This document shows, in pieces, positions 25,782-37,935 of a stretch of DNA of 64,000 nucleotides. Source of the stretch: Zootoca vivipara (lineage: Eukaryota); contig NC_083280.1 of the NCBI RefSeq assembly GCF_963506605.1, positions 4,774,001 through 4,838,000 on the forward strand. Direction: 5' to 3'. The position numbers were made by a program, and so were the translations under genes. The notes below the pieces were generated by a model. It made no database searches. It saw nothing but the letters and a program-made list of their open reading frames with translations, and had not been told where the DNA came from. How positions within the stretch are numbered: position 1 is the stretch's first letter; each line of letters opens with the position of its first letter.

Positions 25782-27166
25782 TACATCAGGATGAGAAGAG
25801 CCTTTGGGAATGCAGAACGTTGGGTAGGCAGAGGCTCATGTGGGGAGGTATTATAACCACACAAGAGAATCCTTATTCTCATCTCTGGAATGTTGGAGGG
25901 GTTGGCTGGTGTTCAAGATTAAACAGGCATATTAAGTCGTTTTAATTTAACTGGGTGTTTTGTTTTCATTATGCATAAGTTTTGCTTTATGCTTAATGGT
26001 TGCCATCCACACTGAGCCCTCTGGAAAAGGGGGATAGGAATTAAATGAAGAGACTCTCTACTTGGGATGCTCTGCTGACTTTTGCTGTCAAAACTTGGGT
26101 CTTCTTCCTGCCATGCAAACCATGTCTTTGCTTTTTTTTGTTCCTGTGATACTAGTTCCAAGACCAGGAAAAACTGGAAGCACTTCAGTTTAACCCACAG
26201 TGCCCTCTTTGGGGAAACAGAGAGGTTAAGAGAGTTTCATTTTATTTTACAAAGTTGATATACCACTTCTAAGCGATTTATGAAATTATAAAATAAAACA
26301 ATCAGTAAAAAATGTTTGGAAACATTTCAACATGTCTGGATAGGTCACAAGTTCACCAACCCAGTTTGAAGGGAGTATATGGGAGTTTATAGCAGGCACA
26401 CATTCAATTTGGAATGTACTAAAAATGATAAGGAGCAAAACAATTTCTTTCTTTCTTTTTAGTATATCAAAACAAATATTGTGGAGCACCTAGTTGGGTA
26501 TGATAAAATGGAACTGTGAGAAGAATCCTGATGGATCAGACCAAAATCCCATTTAGTCCAGCATCCTGTTCTCACAGGGGCCAACCAGAATCCCCGTGGG
26601 AAACTTGGGAGCAGGACGTGTGTGCATATTAATAAAATACAATCATTACAATATATGATATGTATTATTAATATAATTTTATTTAAAATACATGTCCCCC
26701 ACTGCCTCATTCAGTACAACAGATGGCTCACAAAAATGTCTAAAAATGGCAACAAGACACACCCTAGAAAGAGCCCCTCGCCAGTTCGTGTCTCGGATGC
26801 CCCTCACGAAGAGGAAAGCCTTGCAGCGCTTTGAAAAAGCAGCTGTCCCTGGCAGACGACGCCATTCTAGTAGCCCTGATGCCACCCAGCCCCCAAATCC
26901 CCGGGGGAAACTTCCTAGGCCGTGGCGAATTAAGTGCTGTTGAACCCAATTCGGCATATGTGACACGAAGAGTTCTTCGATTCTGAAATCCCCGCATTGA
27001 AAAGGGGGTTGGGCTAGATGACCTTTGGGTGTCCCTTCCAACTTAATAAGTAACCAGCGATCTCTTTCACTTTTCAAATTGCCCACTGGGCGTAACGCCC
27101 ACCCTAAGGAAGCGCTCCGACCCCCGCGACCTCCCCGCTCCGCCTTCCTTCACACGACACACTCAC

Positions 27167-27180
27167 CCGGCGGCCTCCAT
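27167..27180 (-). CDS. IQCG: IQCG coding exon 1 (MEAAG; in-frame upstream ATG at 27204 possible)
   Basis: gccATGG Kozak, ATG GAG GCC GCC GG then GTGAGT; phase 2 matches exon 2; spliced CDS totals 1230 nt (409 aa). Confidence 0.75.
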
Positions 27181-27196
27181 GGCGGGACCCGGAGTG

Positions 27197-27210
27197 GTCG
27201 CCATGGTTAC
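27197..27210. promoter_or_regulatory. RFX X-box-like element at IQCG 5' end
   Basis: GTCGCCATGGTTAC, an imperfect palindrome resembling GTTGCCATGGCAAC; X-boxes are typical of motile cilia genes. Confidence 0.55.
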
Positions 27211-27491
27211 CCCTCAAGCGGCAGGAGAGGTCCTCACCGGGAAGGGCTGACCTAGTTGACGCCTGCCAGGGTGGGGTTTTTTTTAGATTTTGGGCTTGAA
27301 GCGCGGTTCAGGAGCAGAAGAAAAGCTCAGCCCACAAACAAGCGAACAAATCAGTTTTTTTATCCTAGAGACTCGTCAGAAAGCCCGACCTGGAGCGATT
27401 TCAGACAGGCAAGCGGCGTAGACGCCTCAACAGACGCCAGCAAAGGGGTCCTCGCGGTCCCCTATCCCAGCTCGCCCAGCGGCTGCGCTCG

Positions 27492-27528
27492 CTCTTTCTC
27501 GCCGCCATCTTGGCTCGGTGCTGCTGAG
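27492..27528 (+). other. RPL35A: RPL35A non-coding exon 1 with 5'TOP tract
   Basis: CTCTTTCTC polypyrimidine initiator, YY1 site, then GAG|GTAAGA donor. Confidence 0.8.
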
Positions 27529-28666
27529 GTAAGAGCGGGGAAGGGTCTCTGTGGGCGGGCGAGGCGGCGAAGGGCGGCGAAGAAGAGGCTCCAGAGGCGG
27601 GCGGGCAGGCGCTACGAGGGCCGGCGCTCCGGCCTGGGTGGGTGTAGCGGGGTACGGCGGCGGGATGGCTCGGATACGGGATGGATGTTGCCGGGGCCCT
27701 GAGTTCGGGCCTTGGCTGATGCCGCCACAGGGACTCTTAGAAGGCCCCAGCTCTGCCCCTTTAATTGCTTCGGGGGGAGCTTTTTAGTCGGAGGCAAGGG
27801 AGCCCCTGGCAGCCCCAGGCGCCTCGAGTGCGCGTCTCCGGAGGGGAATGGTGAGCTGGAGGTGAACATTAAAGGTGAGCCTTTAAGGTGGACATTAAAA
27901 AGAGCCCTGCAGTGTAGGACCAAACAGCCACCTGGTGCAGCGGGCTTGGTGCCCAGCCACGTACCCCGGAGGGGCGGACACAGGGCAGGGCAGGGAGACC
28001 CTCACAGATTCTCCTTAGCAGCTTTTTCAGGGGGTACACTGTCCCTAATCATGGAGGCTCCATTTCGCTGCCGTGCCTGATAGGCTCATCAGTCGCTATC
28101 TTCTGTTGCTTTTTTGCAATTCCGTTGAGTTGAGTTGTCCTTTTGTGTGTCTTTTAAGAAAAGACTTCCTTTTGTTTTGGCCTCATCAAGGTGGGTTAAG
28201 CTTAAATCTTGCAGGTGCCTAGATCCTCCAGCTATTTTAAGCTTTGTTCAGGGCGGGTGTGGTATTCGAAGCTGAAAGGGGTTTTTGCAGGCCAAGCAGC
28301 CGTAGCCCAGTGATGGAGCACTTGCTTTGGAGGTAGGAAGGAGGAGGCCCTTTGGATTTGATCCACAGCATCACCAGCGAAAAGGATACAGTATTGACTT
28401 GGGAGGGCTAGAATAGAGCCCTGCCTAGGACCTTAGAGAACTGCTGCTGCTGCCGGCTCAAAAGTAGACGATGCTGTAGCTTTTCGAAACACATTGGAAT
28501 TGCCAGTTCACACAAAGTATTCCTGCCACATGTCTGGCAAAGACCTCTCCTCTGCGGATTTGGCACAGTGTGGTGTTAATTTATGGAATTCTTTGCCACG
28601 TGGTCACAGTGGCAGTTAGTTTAGGTGCCTTTAAATTGTAGAGTAGGAAGGGAGAGCCATCTAGCA

Positions 28667-28802
28667 CAGGCATCCCCAAACTTCGGCCCTCCAGATGTTT
28701 TGGACTACAATTCCCACCTTCCCTGACCACTGGTCCTGTTAGCTAGGGATCATGGGACTTGTAGGCCAAAACATCTGGAGGGCTGCAGTTTGGGGATGCC
28801 TG
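28667..28802. mobile_element. 136-bp hAT-type MITE
   Basis: TIR CAGGCATCCCCAAACT; 8-bp TSD ATCTAGCA. Confidence 0.85.
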
Positions 28803-29487
28803 ATCTAGCATATTGAAAAAGCTGTTAGTGAGCTAGACGGCTCTCCCTTCCTGCTCTACTTTATGCAGACCAGAGTGGGCCATTCTGCCTGCCATATTCA
28901 GTGGAGTCCTGTGTACATCCAGAACCGTCAACTGTCATTAAAAACCCTATTCCAACTGCTTCTTTCAACTGATCACTAAATAACTTTGCCTTAAGAAGCT
29001 GTATGTACTGTGCTAGGGAGCTAATGCTTTTTAATGGCGGCATCTGGCTGGCCACTGTTGGAAAAAAGATGCTGGACCAAGTGCACATTGGACTGATCTC
29101 AGGGTTGGTGTAGTGGGAATTGTAATGCTTGTTTGCTGATAGGTTTTTAATGGCCTTAATTATTCTTAGAACATGTGTGCAAGGTGTCTTGCAGATCTTT
29201 TATGATGGTGTTTAGTAGGGAGGGAAGAATGAACTCCAAAGCATTTAAACCCCAGAACACAGACATTTGCTGGATAGAGTGAAATCATCTGCAAAGTTCA
29301 CCTTGATGGTTGAAGATCTGGGTTATCTTGGATGTTCGTTCCCCTCTGTTCTTGCTTCAGGAAGTCTAGAATTGCCCAGCCCACACCTGTTTGTAATTGG
29401 GCTGGTGTTTAGCATATCCCAGCTGACAGCTCCTTCTGTTCTTTTCCTTTCTTAGGCCTGCTGGGAACAGGACTTCAAGACAACACC

Positions 29488-29498
29488 ATGACTGGCAG
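29488..29498 (+). CDS. RPL35A: RPL35A exon 2 coding part (MTGR; exon starts 29456)
   Basis: caccATG ACT GGC AG|gtaaga; tttcttag acceptor at 29455. Confidence 0.92.
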
Positions 29499-29642
29499 GT
29501 AAGAAACTGTTCTTTGGCAATTCTTGCAGTTCCTCTGCTGCCTTTACAACTTCTCACGTGTGTGTTATCTTTATTATGCTAGTTTTCACTGTGTCACACA
29601 GATGAGTGCTTCTACTTAAAAATATCAAAAGGATTGCCTTAA

Positions 29643-29954
<312 letters not shown>

Positions 29955-30944
29955 TGAGTGGTTATTGATAATGGGGACTAGTGCTTTACACTTGGATCTT
30001 TTGTATATTCTCATGAGCAAGCTGAAGAACTGAAACCATTTCGAAATTGTTTTCATTTTATGCCATACTGCACAAATTGGGGCAATGTGGCCTCAGATAC
30101 TGCTGTGTGAATAATTGAGCCAGGAAAGCCAAGACATGGTGTAATGCAAGACGTGGACCAGCTCAGATTCCGGCTCAGCCATAGGCAAATAACTGATTGT
30201 ACTCATGCAGCAGTACTAAAACCATAGTTTAGTGTGACATGAACAAACAGGAATGAGCAGCATCTCAGACTTGGAACTAGAACCCAGCGACATCCATTGA
30301 AACTGATGAGAATTGAGAGAGGCAAAAGAAAGTAGTTCCTCACACACAATATAGAGTTCAATTATGGCATTCACTACCTCAGGATGTAGTGGTGGCCACC
30401 ATATTGGATGGCTCCAAAAGGGGGTTAGGCACTTTAATAGAAGAGTAAAAGGCTATCATGCTTCCGACTATCCCTCACTGGGGAACAATAGCAAGAGAGG
30501 ACTATTTCCCTCATGTCCTGCTGTTGGTCATTGGAGGAAACCGAATGATCCAGCAAGGTGCTTGGTTGGCAGAAGCTGGGACAGCAACGGGCACTCACCC
30601 TGTCGTGTGGATTCAAACTGCCGACCTTCTGGTCAGCAGACCCAAGAGGTTCAGTGGTTTAGACCACAGCGCCACCCATGATAAGAGAAACTTCATGGAA
30701 CAGTTCGTAATTTCAGGAGATCTACCTGCTCACTCATATGTTCATCGCCATCACATCAGGGGATGACTTTACGTGTGAATTAGTCATCACTGAAAGAACT
30801 GAAAATTTCATATTGTCTGATTGTCTATTCTCACTGCTTTTCAGTGGGGTGTGTGTGTATCTATCTACACAGTAACATTTTGGAGAGCACTCCTGCATTT
30901 GGTCAGTAATGGGACTTAATGTTTAATCTGTTTCCCTTTGTCAG

Positions 30945-31089
30945 CAACACCGTGACGCCTGGTGGCAAACCCAACAGGACCAGAGTGATCTGGGGGAAGG
31001 TGACCCGTGCCCATGGAAGCAGCGGCATGGTGCGGGCAAAGTTCCGCTCCAACCTACCTGCCAAAGCCATTGGACACAGAATCCGAGTG
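30945..31089 (+). CDS. RPL35A: RPL35A exon 4
   Basis: [48 protein letters not shown]; 145 nt. Confidence 0.97.
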
Positions 31090-32104
31090 GTGAGCATTGC
31101 GAGTGCCCTTGACAGGCCTGAGGCAGAGAAATTCTTTTCTATAAGCTACCTTGAGGATTTTTTAAAAAAAGAAAAATTCTGAACTAAAATTAATCGTGAG
31201 CAAACTTTTGTGTGTCAGTAGCCTGACAGACACATATATTGTCTTGCTGTTTCCTCTTGGTTGCAGTGAGTGGTGCAGTTGAGTGTGTTGTCTTGTGGAG
31301 AGCTATTGGCTATCTGGCTGCATGCTGCCATTCTACCTGAGGAATCTCATTCACACTCATTTAAACACTGCACACTGATGTGGCACAATGTGTAGCTGAG
31401 TAACCCTGTAGGCCTCTTAACAAGGCTGTCTGTCGGTCAGACCTGCCTCCAGTGGTGGATGCAAGGATCCAGATAGGAAGGGGAAACACTGAAGCTTGAA
31501 CTCAGGGCAGGTTCTCAGAAATACCTGTGAACTGCATATCTAGCAACATAGACAGTTGTTAACAGAAGTTATCGCCTGTTGGTAGGTGGGACTGTGCTTG
31601 TTGACCCTGTGGTACGAGGCGCTCTTGTATGGCAAAATTTTGTTGCCTCTTAGAAATGTAAGCAGATGTGTTGGGGCCAACACTGCTCTGTGTTCTTGTG
31701 CAAATGGGGGAGTTATCACCCAGGGCTTGAAAAAAATTGCAAATTATTGAAACTTTCCAGTGTGTCCACATAATAAATGTAGAGCTTGTAAATGTCTGTC
31801 AAAATTACTGGGAACATTGAATGAAATCAATTGTTTGCCATGCTTTCAGTGGACTCCTTGAAATCAGTGGATTTGAGTATATAAGTTCAGTTGTTTCAGT
31901 GAGTGCTCTGAGTATGACTTGACTTTGATACTGTATCCCCAGTGCAATTCTTTTTTGCACTTCTTGAGGATCCTTCTTGCGTGATTTAAATAACAGAAAA
32001 TATTTTTGGATGTATGTTTTGTTCCCTAGTGAGATCTTCATAGGGCATGATTTCTTTTCCCTTCCAACTGTTTAACTTTCTTCCCCCCCCTTTTTTTTTT
32101 ACAG

Positions 32105-32128
32105 ATGCTGTATCCATCTAGAGTCTAA
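32105..32128 (+). CDS. RPL35A: RPL35A exon 5 (MLYPSRV*)
   Basis: Strong acceptor; total CDS 333 nt = 110 aa; AATAAA at 32141-32146. Confidence 0.95.
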   Translation: MLYPSRV

Positions 32129-32982
32129 ATTTAGAGTGAAAATAAAATTTAAGACTATATTCCACTTTTGTATATTTGGTCTTGCCTTGCCTTTTTGTTT
32201 CCTGTCCTTGAGGCTCAGTTGCAGGAAAACACTGTTCTACAATCAGAAAATTCTTTGTTGTTTTTAAGGCATTGAAGCAACAGATTATTTTTAAAATAAA
32301 GCTGTGGTCCATGTTCCTGGCAGCAACTCATTCCCAACATCTCTGCTCCTCTTTTATAGTAGTGATCTTAGGTTTTCTAAAATGCTGTGACCTTTACTGT
32401 TCAGTTGTTTAGCTCAAGTGGAGCCTGAAACGTGGATTTCTTCACCCAGCCCTCCTCCACATGTAATTGTCAGTTTATATAAAACTGAAGTCATAAATGT
32501 GTTTCCTTGTCCTCATGATATGATTAAACAACAAAGTCCATCTCTTTTAATCTGATTGGGTCCCTGGCCACCCAAGTCTCCTTAGCCTTGCACTGTGCCA
32601 AGAAAAGTATTGCTGGGTCCCAGCTGGGAAGGTTCTCTGTAGCTGCTACTTATCCCACCTACCTCTGCTGCTAGTCTCTTCACCTACCCTCTGAACCTAC
32701 TGAAGCAAGTGGGACTCTGGTTATGATGCTTTAACTGCATATGGGAGGGGTGGGGCATATTGGGCGAATATGTGGCTTTTTACAAAAAAAATTAAGCAGG
32801 CATGATCTCTAGGTTGCAACCTGGTAAACCCTAGTCAAGAATCACAGGTGATGGTGAAATGGAATGAAATCATTGTCATCTTGTGATTAGGGCTATGCTC
32901 TGTCTCCATAGTCTGACAGCAGTAATGTTTCTGAAAAGCACAGTGAGAGAGTGCTCTTGTGCTAGGGTCCTGCTTTTGGGTT

Positions 32983-33551
32983 CAAATGCCAACAGTGCCC
33001 TTCAGCTCTCTATATTGGACAAACAGGTCAAACCCTACCCCAAAGGATAAATGGACATAAATCTGACATCAGGAACCAGAAGACAGAAAAACCAGTAGGA
33101 GAACACTTCAATCTCCCAGGACATTCTATACAAGATCTCAAAGTAGCTGTCTTACTACAAAAGAATTTCAGAAATAGACTGGAAAGAGAAGTTGCTGAAT
33201 TACAACTTATCACCAAGCTCAAAACCATGGAGGGACCTGGTTTGAACAGAGATATCGGATTCTTATCTCATTATACATGATAAGCGATCTTCAGCCATCT
33301 CAACCCTTGCTTTTTCATGCAAAACCATTTGCAGTCGTTTTCGGTCATCAACAGCTATCAGTCAGTCAATCACCCATTTCCACCACCCTTCTGAGTGATC
33401 TCCCCTCCCCATCTCCACCCCCTCCCCACCCCTTCTCTACATAAGTGCCTGGGGACTCCTATTTCACTGTATCTGAAGAAGTGTGCATGCACACGAAAGC
33501 TCATACCAAAATAAAAACTTAGTTGGTCTTTAAGGTGCTACTGAAGGAATT
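32983..33551 (+). mobile_element. 5'-truncated Penelope-like element: GIY-YIG endonuclease C-terminus, 3' region and pLTR with hammerhead (33469-33506)
   Basis: Open frame to TGA 33280: KCQQCPSALYIGQTGQTLPQRINGHKSDIR...EHFNLPGH...GPGLNRDIGFLSHYT*; YIG and GLN motifs. Confidence 0.88.
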
Positions 33552-34137
33552 CTTCCAACTCTGATTCATTAGTAGCCCATATTTTGCAACACATTTGGGA
33601 ACCAAGGACAGCTGCCTGTATTTCAAAGCTCAGTCAGATGGGCTCGCAGTGGGGACTGCAGCTGCAGCAGAGAAAATTGTTGCAGTGTGTTCGGTCCAGG
33701 TACAGTGCACAGTCCATCTTTACAGTGAGCCAAAACGGGTTTGACTGCAGGTGCAACAGAAATCTGCCAAAGAAATCTCATTTTTGGAATAAGAGAGTGC
33801 ACTCTTCATTTGGCTATGTCACCAGCAGAGGGCGCTGCTTCAGCTTCCTTCCATTTCTTGGCTGCCAGTTAACATTTCACAGATCTCGGCATCAACCTTT
33901 AACTCTCAGCCCATTTTCATATTTTTATTTCGAATATTATTTTGGCACTGGGAGTTAAAAGCTGCTGCCATAAACTGACTCAAGCTATTTGTTCACCTAG
34001 CTCATTCCCCATTGAATGGCAGCGGCACTAAGGATTTCAGGCATTGACCATTCCTAACCACTTTCCAAAGCCAGCTCCACATGTGGCTCGTTGGCATTAA
34101 TCTAACGAGCATTATCAAGGCTTGGATAACTTGTTCA

Positions 34138-34250
34138 TAGGTAATGGGACCCCTGACCATTAGGTCCAGTCGTGTCCGACTCTGGGGTTGTGGCGCTCAT
34201 CTCGCTCTATAGGCCGAGGGAGCCGGCGTTTGTCCGCAGACAGCTTCCAG
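34138..34250 (-). mobile_element. Sauria SINE 3' fragment
   Basis: Matches the tail portion of the 53354-53703 copy. Confidence 0.7.
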
Positions 34251-34574
34251 GCCCAAGGTAACCTTTTGAGTTTCATGGCTCAGCAGGGATTTGAATCCTG
34301 GCCTCCAACATTCTAATGGTTACAGGACACTGTGACACAGGATTCTTTAATTGCCTGTAGGGTGGTTTTTAAACGGCTAAAAAGTTGCAGTCTTTTATCC
34401 TGTGAATCTAATGCTGTCGAAACTTTATTCTGAATACATAAATAGTACTGCGGTTCAACTGTAAAGTACTGTGCAGGCTACTTAGAAGTAAGTCTCATTA
34501 AAGCCTAAATCATATTTTTCACACAAAATCCGATCTGAATTAGGAAGAGCATCAATGCTCCTCTTTTCTTGTCC

Positions 34575-34927
34575 AGTCACAGCTCCCGCCCCCAAATCAT
34601 ACATTTCTTCAATTTTTTTCTATGGTCCCTTAATGGCGGCGCGGGAGCAAGCAGAGTAAAACGAAACCAGGAACCGAACCTCCACACATCTGAATTGTGG
34701 CTCTACATTTTTATCTCAGGGGTGCAAATGAATGAGAACGCCTCCTTTGAACTTATACCCGGTAGCCTCTGCGTTCGGAACGAGCTAATAGGCTAAAAAC
34801 TTTGTGCAGCATTTGCATTCCGCTCAGTGATAGGCTGGGAAGGTTAAGGGAGTAGACGCTACGGCAAGCCGCGTAGTTTCGAAATCTCACTGCCAGTCAT
34901 TTCTGTGTTTGTTTCTGCTGCGGAAGT
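34575..34927 (+). promoter_or_regulatory. CpG-enriched promoter of the ERCC6L-like gene
   Basis: Local CpG enrichment; YY1/E2F-like ATGGCGGCGCGGGA near 34633, CHR-variant TTCGAA 34878-34883, ETS CGGAAGT 34921-34927. Confidence 0.6.
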
Positions 34928-34980
34928 ATGGCTGAGTCGTTGGGCACTGATAATCCTGAGCGGGATGACCAGTACCGGAG
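34928..34980 (+). CDS. ERCC6L: ERCC6L/PICH-like coding exon 1
   Basis: MAESLGTDNPERDDQYR(R) then GTAAAG donor, phase 2; aligns with recalled human exon 1 end SPEQAAHYLR. Confidence 0.85.
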
Positions 34981-35690
34981 GTAAAGCGAAAAGGATTTGG
35001 AACGGGAGGGTGATTCTGCATTTAAGGTTTACTTCTGAGCTAAGATTTCAGAGCGTTTCTCTTTCCCCGGATAAGAAATGGGATAACGCCGTTTCTCCTG
35101 CGCAAATGGGAGTCAAGACTGTACAATCCTAGTACCTGCCCGGGGGACTCAGTTGGTTTTACTGCTGTGTACACCTGTGTATGGTAACGTTGTGGAGCTG
35201 TGATATTCGAAATATTTAATAAAAGTTATTTGAATAATTACTAGCTCACATTTCAGGGTGCACTAGTTCCCTTGGCAGGTTGCAGCAGATCTAAAAATTG
35301 CAATGTTAAATTTCCAGGATGTAAAACAGCAGCAAAAGCAATTAATAGCGTTAAAATAACAGCAGGCCAGAAAGTTATTCAAAATAACAATAGTAAAATA
35401 TAGGTAGCCCTGTTGGCTTCTTTTTATCTGGGAGAGTGGGAGGGGGGACCTAGTACAGAATAGCTTTATTTTCACCACTCAGAATTTCCTAAAATATAGC
35501 ATACAAGCTTTCAGAGTTCTTCGTGCTGGATGTTAAAGGGTGTGTTAGCCAAACAAGTAGCAGAAGAGTAAAAGGTGGACTACAACTGTAAGTGAAATTG
35601 ATTAAGAACTGCATAAAAAGTTGGACTTTGGGACAAATTATATACCTAATCTCCCCCCCCCTTTTTTTTTGTTGAGTTACTGTATTTTGT

Positions 35691-35823
35691 GTGGTATCTG
35701 AAGAAGTGTGCATGCACACGAAAGCTCATACCAAAATAAAAACTTAGTTGGTCTTTAAGGTGCTACTGAAGGAATTTTTTTATTTTACTTCGACCCAGAC
35801 CAACACGGCTACCTACCTGTAAC
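35691..35823 (+). mobile_element. Penelope-like pLTR fragment with hammerhead (35692-35733) in ERCC6L intron
   Basis: Near-identical to 5075-5206. Confidence 0.82.
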
Positions 35824-36414
35824 CATGAAAGACGGTGTTTGCTGCCCCTAGTGGCGGGATATGTATATTGCCTAGTTTGAATATTGAAAGGTAACACTAA
35901 AGAGAGTGAAGGAGTGGGAAGGGAGGGGAAACTACAGTTCTCAGGACTCCCTGGGGGAAGCCATGTGCTTTAAATATGTGGTGTGCCTCTGCCCTAACAC
36001 TACAGTGTCCACTCAGAAGTACCGTGTATATATATCAGTGAATTCAATTGTATGTACTTACTCTCATAGGACTGCAGCCTTAATCAGGTTAGGTTCTGCT
36101 AGGTGTAAAAAAATATTTCAAGATGCACGGAAAGCTGCTGAGGCAAAGAAGCAACATTCCTCTATATTTTGAAAATAAAAAAATCTACCAAGTATTTGCT
36201 AAATCTCCAGCTTTGCAAATATAAGGGTTACTGTGTTGGTGTTTTTACTTCTGCTCACTTTAAGTTCCTGATTGTTCCTTTGCATTGTTCCCCACAACCT
36301 TGTGTTCAGATTAAGGTCCATACTGGGCCTAACTGGAACCAGAGGTTGGGCCAGAGGTTTCCCATTGGTGATAAAAGCTCAATGGCATGGTTAATCCTGT
36401 GATTTTGCCTTTGT

Positions 36415-36418
<4 letters not shown>

Positions 36419-36495
<77 letters not shown>
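36419..36495. repeat. (AG)n microsatellite, about 38 units
   Basis: Direct reading. Confidence 0.97.
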
Positions 36496-36498
<3 letters not shown>

Positions 36499-36509
36499 CT
36501 GGTGGTGTC

Positions 36510-36820
36510 ACAGACCTTATCTGTTCTATAGATTTAAGCACTATCATACCAGCTTAAACAGCCATGGCTTCCCCTAAAGACTCCTGAGAGTGCTGAGAGT
36601 CTCCTGATTCACTTCACAGAGTTGTTAGTTAGAAGACCCCTATTTTCCTCATAGAGCTACATGGGTTCCCTGGGAAGAGGGATTGCCATGAGGAAAATAG
36701 GGATCTTCTAACAACTCTCAACACCCTTAACAAACTACAGTTCCCAGGATTCTTTAGGGGAAGCCATGAGTATTTAAAGTGGTTTGTTAGAGCTTTAAAT
36801 GCATAGTGCAGGTGGGGTCT
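36510..36820. mobile_element. Degenerate palindromic MITE-like repeat
   Basis: Imperfect fold-back (CATGGCTTCCCCTAAAGA / TCTTTAGGGGAAGCCATG); related copy at about 62715-63020. Confidence 0.6.
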
Positions 36821-37766
36821 TGTGGGACTCCACTGACACTACCCAAAATGCTGTGTCCTTGGGCAGATGAGGCCTAATTCTCTCTGGAGAAACTTACCAA
36901 AACTCCACTTCTAATTTTTCCAATGCAATCCTATTTAGTCTACTCAAAAGCAAGTCCCATTGAGTTGAAGTGATCTTTGGGTGTTAGCCAGAATAATGCA
37001 GTTGGAAACAGTGTCTGGGCAGAAATCGCAGAAATGTCCAGGAAAATCCAGACGTTTGGCAATCTATGTCAGAAGTCTAGATTTTGGTGAATTTCCTTAA
37101 AAATAGCTCAAAAACTGCAATATTTTTGTTGTTGAGATTTTACAAAACAAGCTCAACAACTTTGACAAAAGAAAAAGCTCAACAACTTTTGTGTCCAGAT
37201 TTTCACGTTTTGAAATATGGCAACCCTAGTGTTGAACATTTTTTATTCCACAAAGGTTTTTAATAATTTAAATTTATTTCTTTAGAAACTGCTTAATCAA
37301 ACAAATCTTTAAGCAGTGTGCATAAAACAAGTATAAGTAATACACAAATGAATTCAGCAAATATTTTTAGACTGATATGTGTCTGGACAGGATTTTTGAA
37401 TTAAAAAGGTTTTAGCAGATGTCTAATATCAGATAGCAAGGCTGTCTGCCTAGCACTGATTGGGAAGGAAAGCATATATGCTGCCACACTGAAAGATAAA
37501 CTCCTAGCAAATGCAGAATGAACATTATATGGCCCTTATAGAAGTGCAAGTTCTGCAGATCAAAGTGCTTGAGGTAGAACACATGGAGCAAGTGCCGGTA
37601 AATGCTACAAGTAAGCCGGTCCCAAATTTTTATATAATTTCTAATGCTGTGTGTGAGTGGTCTCTGAATTTTTAGAGCTATTGTGTTTATCTCTTTTTGA
37701 TATTTGATTTATTTTTACTATTAATTTTGTCATTTTTGTAACTCACTATATACTCGCTTTATATAT

Positions 37767-37801
<35 letters not shown>

Positions 37802-37935
37802 AACAATAAATGACAGCTGTTTTGTAGGCATGTTATATTGTGTGAATCAAATGCATGGATGCTACTGTCCTTACTGAGACTCTTGAGTTGATTTTTGCAG
37901 GGTATTTCTGACTCTTCAAACTTTATATTTTGCAG

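Larger units (their letters stand above)
27100..27850. promoter_or_regulatory. CpG island, bidirectional IQCG/RPL35A promoter
   Basis: High CpG density; divergent gene starts about 290 bp apart; YY1 site GCCGCCATCTTG at 27501-27512. Confidence 0.8.

Noticed and set aside
25919-26161. Possible extra IQCG exon (EQKKAKTWFAWQEEDPSF)
   Set aside because: No convincing donor or homology; exons 1 and 2 already join in phase.
37570-37616. Alternative ERCC6L exon ending TACAA|GTAAGC
   Set aside because: The phase-compatible frame has a TGA at 37570 and no ATG; the 34928 exon aligns far better.
37895-37935. ORF-track start of the 1192-aa ORF (MQGISDSS...)
   Set aside because: It is a TTG within the intron's 3' end; the real start is the ATG at 34928 spliced to 37936.
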